DNA from: Octopus sinensis
Lineage: Eukaryota
Reading direction: 5' to 3'
NCBI RefSeq assembly: GCF_006345805.1
Contig: NC_043000.1
Coordinates: 4,340,001-4,404,000 of the forward strand
DNA: 64,000 nucleotides
A model generated the notes under the pieces. That model had not been told where the DNA came from. It was given only the letters and a program-made list of their open reading frames with translations, and ran no database searches. Each line of letters opens with the position of its first letter. Position 1 is the stretch's first letter. The position numbers and the translations under genes are program-made. Positions 13,296 to 26,166 of this stretch are shown here, in pieces.

Positions 13296-13471
13296 TTATA
13301 AACAAAGTTTTAGGCTTAAACCTATTTCTTTAGGAACATTACTATTCACAACAAAATAGTAGGTAACAAACCAGTAATTCATTGGATATTTTCTATCCCT
13401 TAATGAGGTTATTTTAACCCCTGTTTAAACTTATATATGTGTGTGTGTGTATGTGTGTGTATGTATATGTA

Positions 13472-13517
<46 letters not shown>

Positions 13518-13802
13518 TAAGTATGCATGTATGTGTGCATGTTCATACGTAGACAGATACTTATGTTTGTTCCTTCTCAAGCCATACCTAGCTCATAAGG
13601 GTTGGTTTGCTATTTTACCTATATGAGTTACAGATAGTATTATCTCTGGAGTCATATTTTGTAGCGTAAAGAAATAACAGTCTTTTGGCTGCTATTTCTA
13701 AATTTTCGGTATGTGGTGAAGCAACTTGTTGCTAAACCCTTAATCATTGTTATAATTATATATATATATATATGTATATATAATGATATATATACATACA
13801 TA

Positions 13803-14220
13803 TAGGCGCAGGAGTAGCTGTGTGGTAAGTAGCTTGCTAACCAACCACATGGTTCCGGGTTCAGTCCCACTGCGTGGCATCCTGGGCAAGTGTCTTCTGC
13901 TATAGCCCCGGGCCGACCAATGCTTTGTGATTGGATTTGGTAGACGGAAACTGAAAGAAGCCTGTCATATATATGTATATATATATATGTATGTGTGTGT
14001 TTGTGTGTCTGTGTTTGTCCCCCTAGCATTGCTTGACAACCGATGCTGGTGTGTTTACGTCCCCGTCACTTAGTGGTTTGGCAAAAGAGACCGATAGAAT
14101 AAGTACTGGGCTTACAAAGAATATGTCCCGGGGTCGATTTGCTCGACTAAAGGCGGTGCTCTAGCATGGCCACAGTCAAATAACTGAAACAAGTAAAAGA
14201 GTAAAAGAGAGTAAAGAGTA
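13803..14220 (+). mobile_element. SINE family A, full length
   Basis: taggcgcaggagtagctgtgtgg...gagtaaagagta within (TA)n. Confidence 0.93.
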
Positions 14221-14274
14221 TATACATATATATATGTATATGTAAATACATACATACATACATACATACATACA

Positions 14275-14310
<36 letters not shown>

Positions 14311-14855
14311 CATATATATATACACATATATATGTATATATATAAGATAAATTCATGCCAAAATTTAAATGAATGAGCAGAGAATATTTTGAGTTTGTGC
14401 CAATCTAAATACAAACTTCATTGATGCTACATTGCAGTGAGTTTTTGCAATAACTCTTCTCTCAGATCAGATATAGATATCAATCTGTTTCAATTGAAAT
14501 GTTAATCTCCACAATATGTTACCAGTTTTCAGTAATAAGTCATTATCCAATTAGCTTTGTATAAAATCAGACTTCTATTAATGTCGAACATAACAAAGAT
14601 TTTTCCATTGTGATTTGATGAAGTAAATGAGCATATAGTGAAAGGAAGAGTTCAGTAAGGGCAGACAGACATTTATTTCTAATTCAGAAGATGTGAAGAA
14701 GCAAATTGTTTTTGTTTCAAATGGTACCCTGTTGGCCCAGCAAGCAATACACATGTGAGTGGATTTTTGGTCAGGAAGTTTGTAAAACTTTTTAAACTCT
14801 TTTTATACCAATCTGTATGAAACCATCCCTGATTCTATGATAGTGATATAGATTA

Positions 14856-15245
14856 CTAGCAGTATCGCCCAGCATTGCTCGGGTTTGTTTCGACCCTTTA
14901 AAATTGGAATTTTTGAAAAGTAAAAATTTTGCATTATGCAACTTGTTATTCTCTTTAAGTGAACAGTTTTCTGGTTGAAATACACTGAAAAATGGCGATA
15001 CAGCAGTAAAAAAATCATAAAAATAGGGAATTTCATAGAAAAAAGGCACCTTTTTGATGTAAATAATTTTTGATGTTAACATGGTCCAATTTGAATTTTT
15101 CTTCTAAGGAAGGAAGAGCAAGCCTTCTTCTATCATACTCTCAATTTTGGTCAACTTGCACAGCAGGGTCTCGGAGGAGATAATGTTAGTTGAAGGCTAC
15201 CAAACCTGCCATATACAGACAACTTCAGCTTTATATATATAGAGA
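14856..15245 (-). mobile_element. Non-autonomous Helitron-like element
   Basis: Minus strand starts A|TC, ends with hairpin cccgagcaatgctggg then CTAG|T; no TSD. Confidence 0.75.
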
Positions 15246-15344
15246 TAGCCTTCCAGCAAAATTTCATATTTAATTCATGTTCCAAACACCAAGGTCATTA
15301 TCATCATCATCATCATCATCATCATCATCGTTTAACGTCCACTC

Positions 15345-15720
15345 CGTAGGAGTGGCTGTGTGGTAAGTAGCTTGCTAACCAACCACATGGTTCCGGGTTC
15401 AGTCCCACAAGCCTTGTGAGTGGATTTGGTGGACGGAAACTGAAAGAAGCCTGTCGTATATATATGTGTGTATGTGTTTGTGTGTCTGTGTTTGTCCCCC
15501 CCCCAACATCGCTTGACAACCGATGCTGGTGTGTTTACGTCCCTGTCACTTAGTGGTTCGGCAAAAGAGACCAATAGAATAAGTACTGGGCTTACAAAAA
15601 AGAATAAGTCCCGGGTTGATTTGCTCGACTAAAGGCGGTGCTCCAGCATGGCTGCAGTCAAATGACTGAAACAAGTAAAAAGAAAAAAAAAAGAAAAAAA
15701 AAAAAGAAAAAGAAAAGAGA
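15345..15720 (+). mobile_element. SINE family A with ~50-bp internal deletion
   Basis: cagtcccac joined directly to aagccttgtg. Confidence 0.9.
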
Positions 15721-15767
15721 CCTGTATGATTAGTGCCAAAGATAAAAATAAGTGCTGGGTTCAATTT

Positions 15768-15893
15768 CAGTTCTATATTTAAGAGATGAGGAATTATGTA
15801 CATTATTTACAATATTTACATTATTTACATTCGACGGAAACAAGATGAGGACAAATATCTGTCGAATGTAAATAATGTAAATAATGTAAATAA
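15768..15893. mobile_element. Inverted-tail mini-insertion of the 38218-38620 element tail, 12-bp TSD
   Basis: TSD tgggttcaattt at 15756-15767 and 15894-15905; both halves match 38547-38620 in opposite orientations. Confidence 0.8.
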
Positions 15894-16503
15894 TGGGTTC
15901 AATTTGTTTGACCAAGTTCTTCAAGCTTGTGCTGTAGCATGACCACGGTCCAATGACCAAAAATGCGCAAGAGATTAACGATAGAAGCTCATTATTTTTA
16001 AAATTAATTGAAAGAAAGATGATATATTTCAGCTGTAAAATGGTAATGAAAGAGTTAAATTGCAAATTGACGTTTAGAAAAATAAAATTGATTACTTAAT
16101 ACATCAAATTAAGATACGATATCTTTCTATGTCCAACATTGATGGAAGAGGTTTGACTTTTTAGCAGAACTATGTGGCTGATAAATTAACATTGAAGTCA
16201 ATGATGTTATCAAAGAGATAAATGTTCAGTTAAAGATGACAGGAATGTATATAGCTAATTTGAGGAAAAATGTAATGGAGGTTAGCTTATAGGATGTAAT
16301 TGGTTGCATGTTCACTCAGGAAGTAAAAGAATTTGTTATTAGATTCACATCTTTGTTTTTGTTATTCATTTTTAACTACCATGTGTTATACAGAATGTTA
16401 TGTTTAATGCTTTGAATGCGTGTGTATCTATATATACATATATACATACACAACTTCTATCTATCTGTCTGTCTGCCTGCATGCCTGTCTGTCTGTCTGT
16501 CTA

Positions 16504-16562
<59 letters not shown>

Positions 16563-16699
16563 TTATTTATCTGTCTATCTATTTATCTATCTATCTAGCT
16601 AGCTAGTTAGCTAACTATAGGTAGGTGGGTGCACATGTAGGTGTGTATGCTTGTGTGTGTTCAATTCATTGAATCAAAGGCAGTGTGTTTCATCAGAAA

Positions 16700-17097
16700 T
16701 CTTTATATATAAAAGTCAAGTTGTGTGTCTGTCTCCTACGATTTAGATTCCTAACTACTCCCACATTTTGCGGTGCAGTTTAACCAAAACCGGGTATCTT
16801 ATAGTCGTGATTCATATCGAGCCCTTCTGGGTATTAGTGCGCATCTACGATGAGTCTACGATTTAAAAAAAAATTTGCTATCATTTTTTTCCATTTTAAT
16901 GCATTTTTTTCGCTATTATATAAGGGAAGTAACTCTCTAAAAATGTCTACGATGAGTCAACGATTTAAAAAAAATTTACCATAATTTTTTTTCCATTTTT
17001 AATGCATTTTTTTGCTATTTTTTGGCTATAACTCTCTAAAAATGCTTATATAGTTATTTCCCTTACAAACCCGAGCAACGCCGGGCGATACTGCTAG
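16700..17097 (+). mobile_element. Non-autonomous Helitron-like element with ~100-bp internal tandem duplication
   Basis: A|TCtttatatataaaag start; cccgagcaacgccggg hairpin then CTAG at 17094-17097. Confidence 0.75.
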
Positions 17098-17231
17098 AAT
17101 AACAATAAATGAGTTAAGAGTATTTTTGTTTCACAATTTGATATTTTATTCATGATTTCTCTGTATGGATAATGTGTGAACCCAACTGAACACAAGAATA
17201 GTATCTTGCCTGTTTTTCCCATTCCCAACCT

Positions 17232-17416
17232 CTTTACTCTCTTTACTCTTTTACTCTTTTACTTGTTTCAGTCATTTGACTGTGGCCATGCTGGAGCACC
17301 ACCTTCAGTCGAGCAAATCAACCCCAGGACTTATTCTTTGTAAGCCTAGTACTTATTCTATTGGTCTCTTTTGCCGAACCACTAAGTTAAGGGGATGTAA
17401 ACACACCAGCATCGGT
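17232..17416 (-). mobile_element. SINE family A, 3' half
   Basis: Tail and body match other copies. Confidence 0.88.
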
Positions 17417-17516
17417 GGCCCAGTAGGTATGGGTGTTGAGAAGTAGTAATATAACACAAAAATGGTGGTTTCAAGTCTCTTCCAGAAATTACAAGAGATC
17501 TAGTTAAAAATTTTTA

Positions 17517-17872
17517 TTCATCATCATCATCATCATCATCATTTAGCATCCGTTTTCCATGCTAGCATGGGTTGGACGGTTCAACTGAGGTCTGTGAAGC
17601 CAGAAGGCTGCATCAGGCCCAGACTGATCTGGCAGTGTTTCTACGGCTGGATGCCCTTCCTAACGCCAACCACTCCGCGAGTGTAGTGGGTGCTTTTTAT
17701 GTGCCACCCGCACAGGAGCCAGACGGAGCTGGCAAACGGCCACGAACGGATGGTGCTTTTATGTGCCACCGGCATGGAGGCCAGTCGGGGCGGCGCTGGC
17801 AATGGCCACGAACGGATGGTGCTTTTTACGTGTCACTGGCGCGGAGGACAGTCGGGGCGGCGCTGGCACAAG
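17517..17872 (-). mobile_element. RTE-type LINE 3' end
   Basis: (CAT)n followed by the reverse complement of the RTE 3' UTR. Confidence 0.88.
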
Positions 17873-17959
17873 CAACAAAATTTCTTTCAATAATTTCTTT
17901 CTCTTAAGCATGACACACTCGTCAGGTACATACACAAAACAAATTGGTATATCAATATT

Positions 17960-19186
17960 ATTGATTTACAATAATATATACTCTATTTAAAGCGACTAAA
18001 CCTAAGCAATTGAATGAAAAAGATGGGCCGAACCACTAGGAATTAAACATGACATCAATGCTTACATGGCTCTGTATGCACCCAATTCACCCACATAGCC
18101 CACCCACCAATTACAGCCCCTCTTACTGTAAAGGCAATTTTAGTCTACTCTTTTACTCTTTTACTTGTTTCAGTCATTTGACTGTGGCCATGCTGGAGCA
18201 CCACCTTTAGTTGAGCAAATCAACCCCAGGACTTATTCTTTGTAAGCCTAGTACTTATTCTATCGATCTCTTTTGCCAAACCGCTAAGTTACGGGGACGT
18301 AAACACACCAGCATCGGTTGTCAAGCAAAGTTGGGGGACAAACACAGACACACAAACATATACACACACACACGCACACACGCACACACGCACACACACA
18401 CACACACAAACACATATATATATACGACAGGCTTCTTTCAGTTTCCATCTACCAAATCCACTCACATGGCTTTGGTCAGCACAAGGCTATAGTAGAAGAC
18501 ACTTGCCCACGGTTCCATGCAGTGGGACTGAACCTGGAACCATGTGGTTAGTAAGCAAGCTACTTACCACACAGCCACTCCTACGCCTAGAATATATATT
18601 AATAAATTTGTAAACAAACTCGAAGGCAGTAAATTATGGAGAAGTGTGACACACATAGGTCCTTTCTAATAATAACTATGTGGGTGAGTTGGGTGCGTAC
18701 GGAGCCGTGTAAGTACTGATGTCAATGTTCAATTCCCAATGGTTTTTTCAGTCACTTCTTTAGGTTTAGTTGCTTTAAATGTAGTATATGTTATTGTAAA
18801 TAATATATAATCATAGTTATTATTAAAATGGAGCCATATGTGTCACTCTTCCCCGTAATTTACAGCCTTCAGGGGTTTGTTTACAAATTCATGAATATAT
18901 ATTCTAGACTAAAATTATCTAGACATTAAGACTGACTGAAATTGATGAGGGGGCTGTGTGGTCGAATTGGGTGCATAGAGAGCCATGTAAGTATTGATGT
19001 TGTGTTAAATTCCCAGTGGTTCAGCCCATCATTTTTCAGTCCTTTGTTTGGGTTTAGTTGCTTTAAATGGAGCATATATTATTATGAATAATATATGGTC
19101 ATAGTTATTATTAAAAAGGACCTATGGGTGTCACTCTCCTCCATAATTTACTGCTTTCAGGCTTGCTTATAAATTTATAAATATAT
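17960..19186. repeat. ~280-bp unit present twice in tandem and once inverted, interrupted by SINE A
   Basis: Forward units ~18677-18915 and ~18955-19186; inverted pieces 17960-18145 and 18589-18680. Confidence 0.75.
18146..18588 (-). mobile_element. SINE family A, full length
   Basis: Full match; empty site visible in the paralogous unit at 18893-18916. Confidence 0.93.
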
Positions 19187-19425
19187 ACTCTTTTACTTGT
19201 TTCAGTCATTTGACAGTGGCCATGCTGGAGCACCGCCTTTAGTCGAGCAGATCGACCCCAGGACTTATTCTTTGTAAGCCTAGTACTTATTCTATCGGTC
19301 TCTTTTGCCAAACCGCTAAGTTACGGGGATGTAAACACACCAGCATCAATTGTCAAGCGATGTTGGTGGGGACAAACACAGACACACAGACACACAAAGA
19401 CACACGCACACACACACACACACAC

Positions 19426-19490
<65 letters not shown>

Positions 19491-19578
19491 CATATATATG
19501 ACAGGCTTCTTTCAGTTTCCATCTACCAAATCCACTCACAAGGCTTTTGTTGGCCCGAGGGTGTAGTAGAAGACACTT
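19186..19578 (-). mobile_element. SINE family A, 5'-truncated
   Basis: Ends at gtagaagacactt. Confidence 0.9.
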
Positions 19579-19955
19579 AGCTGGGTTCAATGTGATACCA
19601 TAAAGGAAAAATTCAATTGTCACTAAGTGTGACTGAGCATGCAATTTAGTCATACTTATGTTGCTAGAAATAAGAGTTAAAATACTCTTAATGCTGTAGG
19701 AAGAGTGCATATGCATACATATATATGGAATAACAGCACTAGGCAGTGATGTGTATAAATACAAACTTGTATTTTGTCATGGAGAATATTTCTGTCAGCA
19801 GTGAGATATTTTTTCCATGACAAAATACAGTGAAAGGATTTCTCACACATTCAAATAAGCTTCAAGCATATTTGAACTGGTAACAAGTTTGTATACACAC
19901 ACAGCATACATACATTGCATATGTACATACATTACATACATACATACATACTTAC

Positions 19956-20051
<96 letters not shown>

Positions 20052-20077
20052 ATATATATATATATTATATATCTATA

Positions 20078-20484
20078 TGGAGTGGCTGTGTGGTAAGTAG
20101 CTTGCTAACCAGCCACATGGTTCCGGGTTCAGTCCCACTGTGTGGCATCTTGGGCAAGTGTCTTCTGCTATAGCCCCGGGCCGACCAATGCCTTGTGAGT
20201 GGATTTGGTAGACGGAAACTGAAAGAAGCCTGTCGTATATATGTATATATATATATGTATGTGTGTGTGTTTGTGTGTCTGTGTTTGTTTCCCTAGCATT
20301 GCTTGACAACCAATGCTGATGTGTTTACGTCCTCCGTCACTTAGCGGTTCGGCAAAATGAGACCGATAGAATAAGTACTAGGCTTACAAAAAGAATAAGT
20401 CCTGGGGTCGAGTTGCTTGACTAAAGGCGGTGCTCCAGCATGGCCGCAGTCAAATGACTGAAACAAGTAAAAGAGTAAAAGAGT
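20078..20484 (+). mobile_element. SINE family A
   Basis: Full match to family. Confidence 0.93.
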
Positions 20485-20498
20485 ATATATACATACAT

Positions 20499-20663
20499 AC
20501 TACACTCTCAGAGTGGTTGGCATTAGGAAAGACAGCCAGCTGTAGAAACTTTACCAGATCAGATTAGAGCCTGGTGCGGCCTTCTGGCTTGCCAGCCCTC
20601 AGTCAAACCGTCCAACCCATGCCAACATGGAAAGCAGACAACGATGATGAGGATGATGATGAT
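20499..20663 (+). mobile_element. RTE-type LINE extreme 3' end
   Basis: ctacactctcagagtggttggc...aacgatgatg. Confidence 0.85.
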
Positions 20664-20787
20664 ATATATATGCATATATATAGTTGTAATAGTTGTATAT
20701 GTATATATATGTGTGTGTGTGTGTGTGTATATATATATTTGTATGTATATATACATACATGCACACACATAAATATGTATGCATATA

Positions 20788-21188
20788 TACTCTTTTACAC
20801 TTTTACTTGTTTCAGTCAGTTGACTGCGGCCATGCTGGAGCACCACCTTTAGTTGAGCAACTCGACCCCGGGACTTATTCTTTGTAAGCCCAGTACTTAT
20901 TCTATCGGTCTCTTTTGCCGAACCGCTAAGTGACGGGGACATAAACACACCAGCATCGGTTGTCAAGCAATGCTAAGGGGACAAACACAAACACACACAC
21001 ATATATATGTATATACATATATACGACAGGCTTCTTTCAGTTTCCGTCTACCAAATCCACTCACAAGGCTTTGGTCGGCCCAGGGCTAAAGCAGAAGACA
21101 CTTGCCCAAGATGCCACGGAGTGGGACTGAACCTGGAACCATGTGGTTGGTAGGCAAGCTACTTACCACACAGCCACTCCTGCACCTA
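20788..21188 (-). mobile_element. SINE family A
   Basis: Full match to family. Confidence 0.93.
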
Positions 21189-21209
21189 TATATATATATA
21201 TATATATAT

Positions 21210-21547
21210 CAAGTGTCTTCTACTCTAGCCTTGCTTGACCAAAGCCTTGTGAGTGGATTTGGTACACGGAAACTGAAAGAAGCCCGTCGTATATATGTAT
21301 ATATATATATATATGTGTGTGCATGTATGTTTGTGTGTCTGTGTCTGTCCCCCTAGCATTGCTTGACAACCGATGCTGGTGTGTTTATGTCCCCGTCACT
21401 TAGCGGTTCAGCAAAAAGAGACCGATAGAATAAGTACTGGGCTTACAAAGAATAAGTCCCGGGGTCGATCTGCTCGACTAAAGGCGGTGCTCCAGCATGG
21501 CCGCAGTCAACTGACTGAAACAAGTAAAAGAGTAAAGAGTAAGAGTA
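21210..21547 (+). mobile_element. SINE family A, 5'-truncated
   Basis: Begins at caagtgtcttctac. Confidence 0.9.
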
Positions 21548-22167
21548 ATATATATACACACACATATATATATATGTGTGTGTGTGTTTGTATGCACATG
21601 CATGTGTGTTTATGTGTATACTCCCCCTTTCTCTCTCTCCCCCCCTCTCTCTCTCTCTCCCCCTCTCTCTCTCTCTCTCTCCCCGTCTCTCTCTCTCCCT
21701 CCCTAATTATCTATCTATGCAGATTCATCAACTGAAAATCCATTTAGTTGGCTAATCAGCCATGTAAGCATCATACTTATGCCTACCATTATTCTTTCAT
21801 CTTCTCAAGAGTGCTGCAATGAAGCTACTGCTGAGTTTCACCAAGTTCCAACTAACTGAATTATTTCTCTTACTTTATTAAGGGTCTCTCTTGGCTTCCT
21901 GAAATTACGTACATGCTTTCATATAATGAGATGATATGTAAACACAGCCCACCACAGTTACAGTCTTTCCTTTCATCCCCTCCTCCTCATCCTCTCTCTC
22001 TCTCTCTCTCTCTTGTCAGCTTCATCATCTGAAAATTCATCTAGCTGGGTAATCAATCAAGTATGTCAGCATCACTAGTTTCTCTACATGGCGTATTACT
22101 CTTCATTTTCTCAAGCAAGCTGCCATGAAACTACTTCTTAGCTTCAGTAAAGCCAATTATTTGTCGT

Positions 22168-22580
22168 CGTGCATGGCTCAGTGGTTAGAGCGCTGGGCTC
22201 AAAATCATGAGGTAATGTGTTAGATTCCCACACCAGCCTCTGTGCTGAGTTCTTGAGCATTTTCCACGTTGCTCCAGTTCACTCAGCTGTATCAGTCTTT
22301 GCCTTTCCCTTGGATAACATCATTGGCGATATAAATAGGGGGAGGGTGGTATGCTTAGGTGCAATCCCATTTTTAGTTGCAATCCCATGGTCATTCATGA
22401 CTGAAGAGGGGTCTTTACCTTTTACCTTATGTACATATAATGGTGTAGAAAGCGAAGGCTGGTATGCATGGGCGACTGATGGCCTTCCATAAAACAACCT
22501 TGCCTGGACTTGTGCCTAGGAGGGGAACTTTCTAGGTGCACTCCCATGGTCATTCATGACAGAAGAGGATGTTATCCATT
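22168..22580 (+). mobile_element. SINE family C with duplicated 3' part
   Basis: caatcccatggtcattcatgac-like motif occurs twice. Confidence 0.8.
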
Positions 22581-22589
22581 TTATAAAGT

Positions 22590-23190
22590 AAGGCCTGCGG
22601 CTTAGTGGTTAGAGTATTCGGCTCATAATTATAAGGTCATGAGTTCAATTCTGGCCGTGCATTGTGTCCATGAACACGATATTTTATTTTCCATTGCTCC
22701 AATCTGCTTAGCTGGCAAAAGTGAGTTGTATCTGTAATTCAAAGAACTGGCCATGTCGCATTCTTATTTCTTTACTGCCCACAAAAGGCTAAACACAGAG
22801 GGGGAAAAACAAGGACAGACAAACGGATTAAGTTGATTATATCGACCCCAGTGTGTAACTGGTACTTAATTAATCAACCCTGAAAGGATGAAAGGCAAAG
22901 TCAACCTTGGTGGAATTTGAACTCAGAACGTAGCGGCTGATGAAATCCCACTAAGCATTTCACTCAGCATGCTAACGATTCTGCCAGCTCGCCGCCTTTT
23001 CACATTCTGTCATATTCTGTCACACTTGTGACAATGGCCTTGTCACATTCTGTCACACTGAATCCCCCTGAGAACTCCTTTAAATGTACATGCATTTGTA
23101 GAGTGCTTAGCGACTTGTGTGTTAATTTCATGTGCAGGCCGTTCTGTTGACTGGATCGAGTGGAACACTCATCATCATAACTGTTGGAGT
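22590..23190 (+). mobile_element. Old SINE with C-like head and B-like tail, interrupted by SINE D1
   Basis: Head gcggcttagtggttagagtattcggc; 23040-23185 matches the reverse complement of the B tail (32170-32340). Confidence 0.65.
22765..22998 (-). mobile_element. SINE family D1
   Basis: Head ggcggcgagctggcagaatcgttagc, box B gagttcaaattcc, core gcctttcatcctttc..g..gat; tail ...tgtgggcagtaaagaaata. Confidence 0.88.
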
Positions 23191-23306
23191 GCCAGTACAT
23201 GGAGGTTCTATTTATAGTACAAGGAGTAAAGTGGAATTTTGTGACTAATGATCTTGTGACTATTGTTAACACCAAATTCCATAGACATTTCAGCCACCTG
23301 ATCACC

Positions 23307-23500
23307 TATTTCTTTACTACCCACAAGGGGCTAAACACAGAGGGAACAAACAAGGACAGACAAACGGATTGGGGGGTGCAGTTGATTAGATTGACCTCAG
23401 TATAAAGCTGGTACTTAATTTATCGACCCCGAAAGGATGTGAGGCAAAGTTGATCGCAGCAGAATTTGAACTCAGAATGTAAAGACAGACGAAATACTGA
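23307..23500 (-). mobile_element. SINE family D1, 5'-truncated
   Basis: Matches 63193-63380. Confidence 0.85.
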
Positions 23501-23611
23501 GTGACCAAGAAATATTAGATGATGATATGTCAAGAGGTAGGAGATAGAGACTTGTAATAGAGAAAATAACAAGAAGATTCTATGAGACAAACTGCTGCAA
23601 ACTACTACATA

Positions 23612-23912
23612 TATCATTGTTTAACATCCACTTTCCATGCTGGCATGGGTCAGACAGTTTGACTGATGACCGGCAAACTGGGAGGCTGCACCAGGCTCGA
23701 ATCTGATTTGGCAAGGTTTCTACAGCTGGATGCCCTTCCTAATGCCAACCACTCCGAGAGTGTAGTAAGGTGCTTTTTATGTGCCACCAGCACAGGAGCC
23801 AGTCAAGCAGCACTAGCATCGACCATGCTTGAATGGTAATTTTTATGTTTCACTGGCATGGGACCAGTCAAGTGGCACTGGCATTGATCATGCTCGAATG
23901 GTGTTTTTTATA
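23612..23912 (-). mobile_element. RTE-type LINE 3' end
   Basis: Reverse complement of the RTE 3' UTR. Confidence 0.82.
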
Positions 23913-23918
23913 TGTATA

Positions 23919-23951
<33 letters not shown>

Positions 23952-23993
23952 TATACGTACATATATACTTACATACATACTTACATACATATA

Positions 23994-24025
<32 letters not shown>

Positions 24026-24109
24026 CATACATACATACATACATACATACATACATACATACATACATAATTATATATATATATACATATACATTACAGG
24101 TATATACTT

Positions 24110-24512
24110 TGATACTTGATACTTTGATAGGTTTCGGCCATATGGCCCAGGCCATGTCTAACTTAATAGCACCACTGTGTGAAGTCTTTCAAGTCAGAAT
24201 TTGGGCACTATGGCCCACTCAAGTAGAGAGTTATTGTTTACAGAGACATATCCGGGTGTGTGGGGTTTATCGGGATTCTTGAAGGAATCTGTCCAAGACT
24301 TCTTGAACCCTATAGGTAGTTTCTGTTTTAATGTGTTTTGTATGTTTTAAAGAGAGCGGGGCCAATTGAGGTGAAATAATGTGCCGTATTGTTGTTATGA
24401 GATGAGAGTGCGATTTTTGTTTTGGGCGGATGGCACGGGGCCAAGCCTTGGATGTACCTTAAAGGTGATGCCAACATCATTTGGGCAATGTGATGGAATA
24501 TTTTCCACATCA
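24110..24512 (-). mobile_element. CR1/L2-group LINE ORF2 C-terminus and short tandem tail
   Basis: Frameshifted MWKIFHH..PNDVGITFKVHPRLGP...YFTSIGPALF...[16 protein letters not shown]; tail of (caaagtat)-like repeats. Confidence 0.7.
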
Positions 24513-25014
24513 TATATATATATCTACATGTATATATATATATATATATATTATATATTATATATATATATATATTTGTGTGTATGTATCTATATATAAA
24601 TATATGCATTGTATTCAATATGCAGATACATTTATATATCATATATATGTGCATATGTATATGTGTTTTTATATGAGTGTATATGTGTGTGTGTATGTAT
24701 GTACATGTGTACGTCTATACACATATACATACTGTTAATCTTGAGTTTGCTGGATAGATGACAGACTTATATTAATAAGTAAAAGTGACACCCTGTGACA
24801 ATTCTATTGTATTCGGCACAATAGACTAAAACATTGTTGTAATGAAACAGATTCTTGACTATAGTATCAATCAAACATTTCCCTTTAACTGTATCTCAGT
24901 AGAAACACAGCTATTCAAGACAATTGTGCAAGTAGCATATGTGACAGCAATGTATGATGTAAATGCGCCGGCAGCCTTCATAACCTGAGATATTTCAAGT
25001 AGTTCTAAATCTCA

Positions 25015-25074
25015 TATATATGTTTGTGTGTATATGTATATATATTATATGTATGTATATATACTATATATATA

Positions 25075-25129
<55 letters not shown>

Positions 25130-25580
25130 CATATATATATATATAATGTGTGTGTGTGTGTGTGTATGTATATATATGTATGGTGGGTGTATACATTCAT
25201 ATATATATATATATGTATGTATGTGTGTGTATATATATGTATGTATGTATATATATATACACACACATGCACATACATGTATATCTATATTCTTGCATAT
25301 ATATATATTCATACATACTTATATATTCATATATGTATATATATACACACATACACACATACATGCTCACACACACATTCATATATATACATATATGTAT
25401 TTATTTATATATATATATATACTACATTCATATATATATATATCTATATCTCTATATATATTCATACATACATATTATATACATACATATATATATATAT
25501 AATATATATTATATATATATATATATATTATATATATGTATGTACAGATATATATTATATATATATATATATATATGTAG

Positions 25581-25640
<60 letters not shown>

Positions 25641-25670
25641 CACACACACATTTATATATATTCATGTTTC
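25015..25670. repeat. Long compound (TA)n microsatellite
   Basis: Direct inspection. Confidence 0.95.
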
Positions 25671-26166
25671 TTTATCAAAGCTGATCAGATGATATAATTT
25701 CCCTTCAAGTGAAGCTATTTTCATAATCTCTTAAAGTTTCCACAGATATGATAGACAGTGATATATCTGCTGCTCCCTGATTACGATTTCTCTATTAGCT
25801 GCTTTAATTAACTTATTGATTTTACTTGTAAGCTGATTGTAAAGTGTAATGTTTCTAACATTGGCACATTTACAAATTTTATTATGGCTTTAATTCTCTT
25901 CCACCACTCACAATCTCTCCGCTTCTTCTAGCATTCATATGTAACTTAATAAGAAGCATTTCTAATATTTGTTCCAGTTATAAATATCATGATGTATTGT
26001 TCAGGGATATTTCCAAGGAGACAAAATCTTGAAAATGGATTCTGTATAAAGAAGATTAGAGCGAGTAAAATTTATATAAATCTAATAAGATATTCATTGA
26101 TATATGAATATATATGCATATATGTATATATACATACATACATATATATTTATATATTTATATATA

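Noticed and set aside
21724-22155. Old ~130-bp direct duplication (21724-21850 and 22021-22155)
   Set aside because: Real but heavily diverged, with no structural or coding signal
25020-25692. Tyr/Ile-rich ORFs here and in all (TA)/(CA) tracts
   Set aside because: Dinucleotide repeat artefacts
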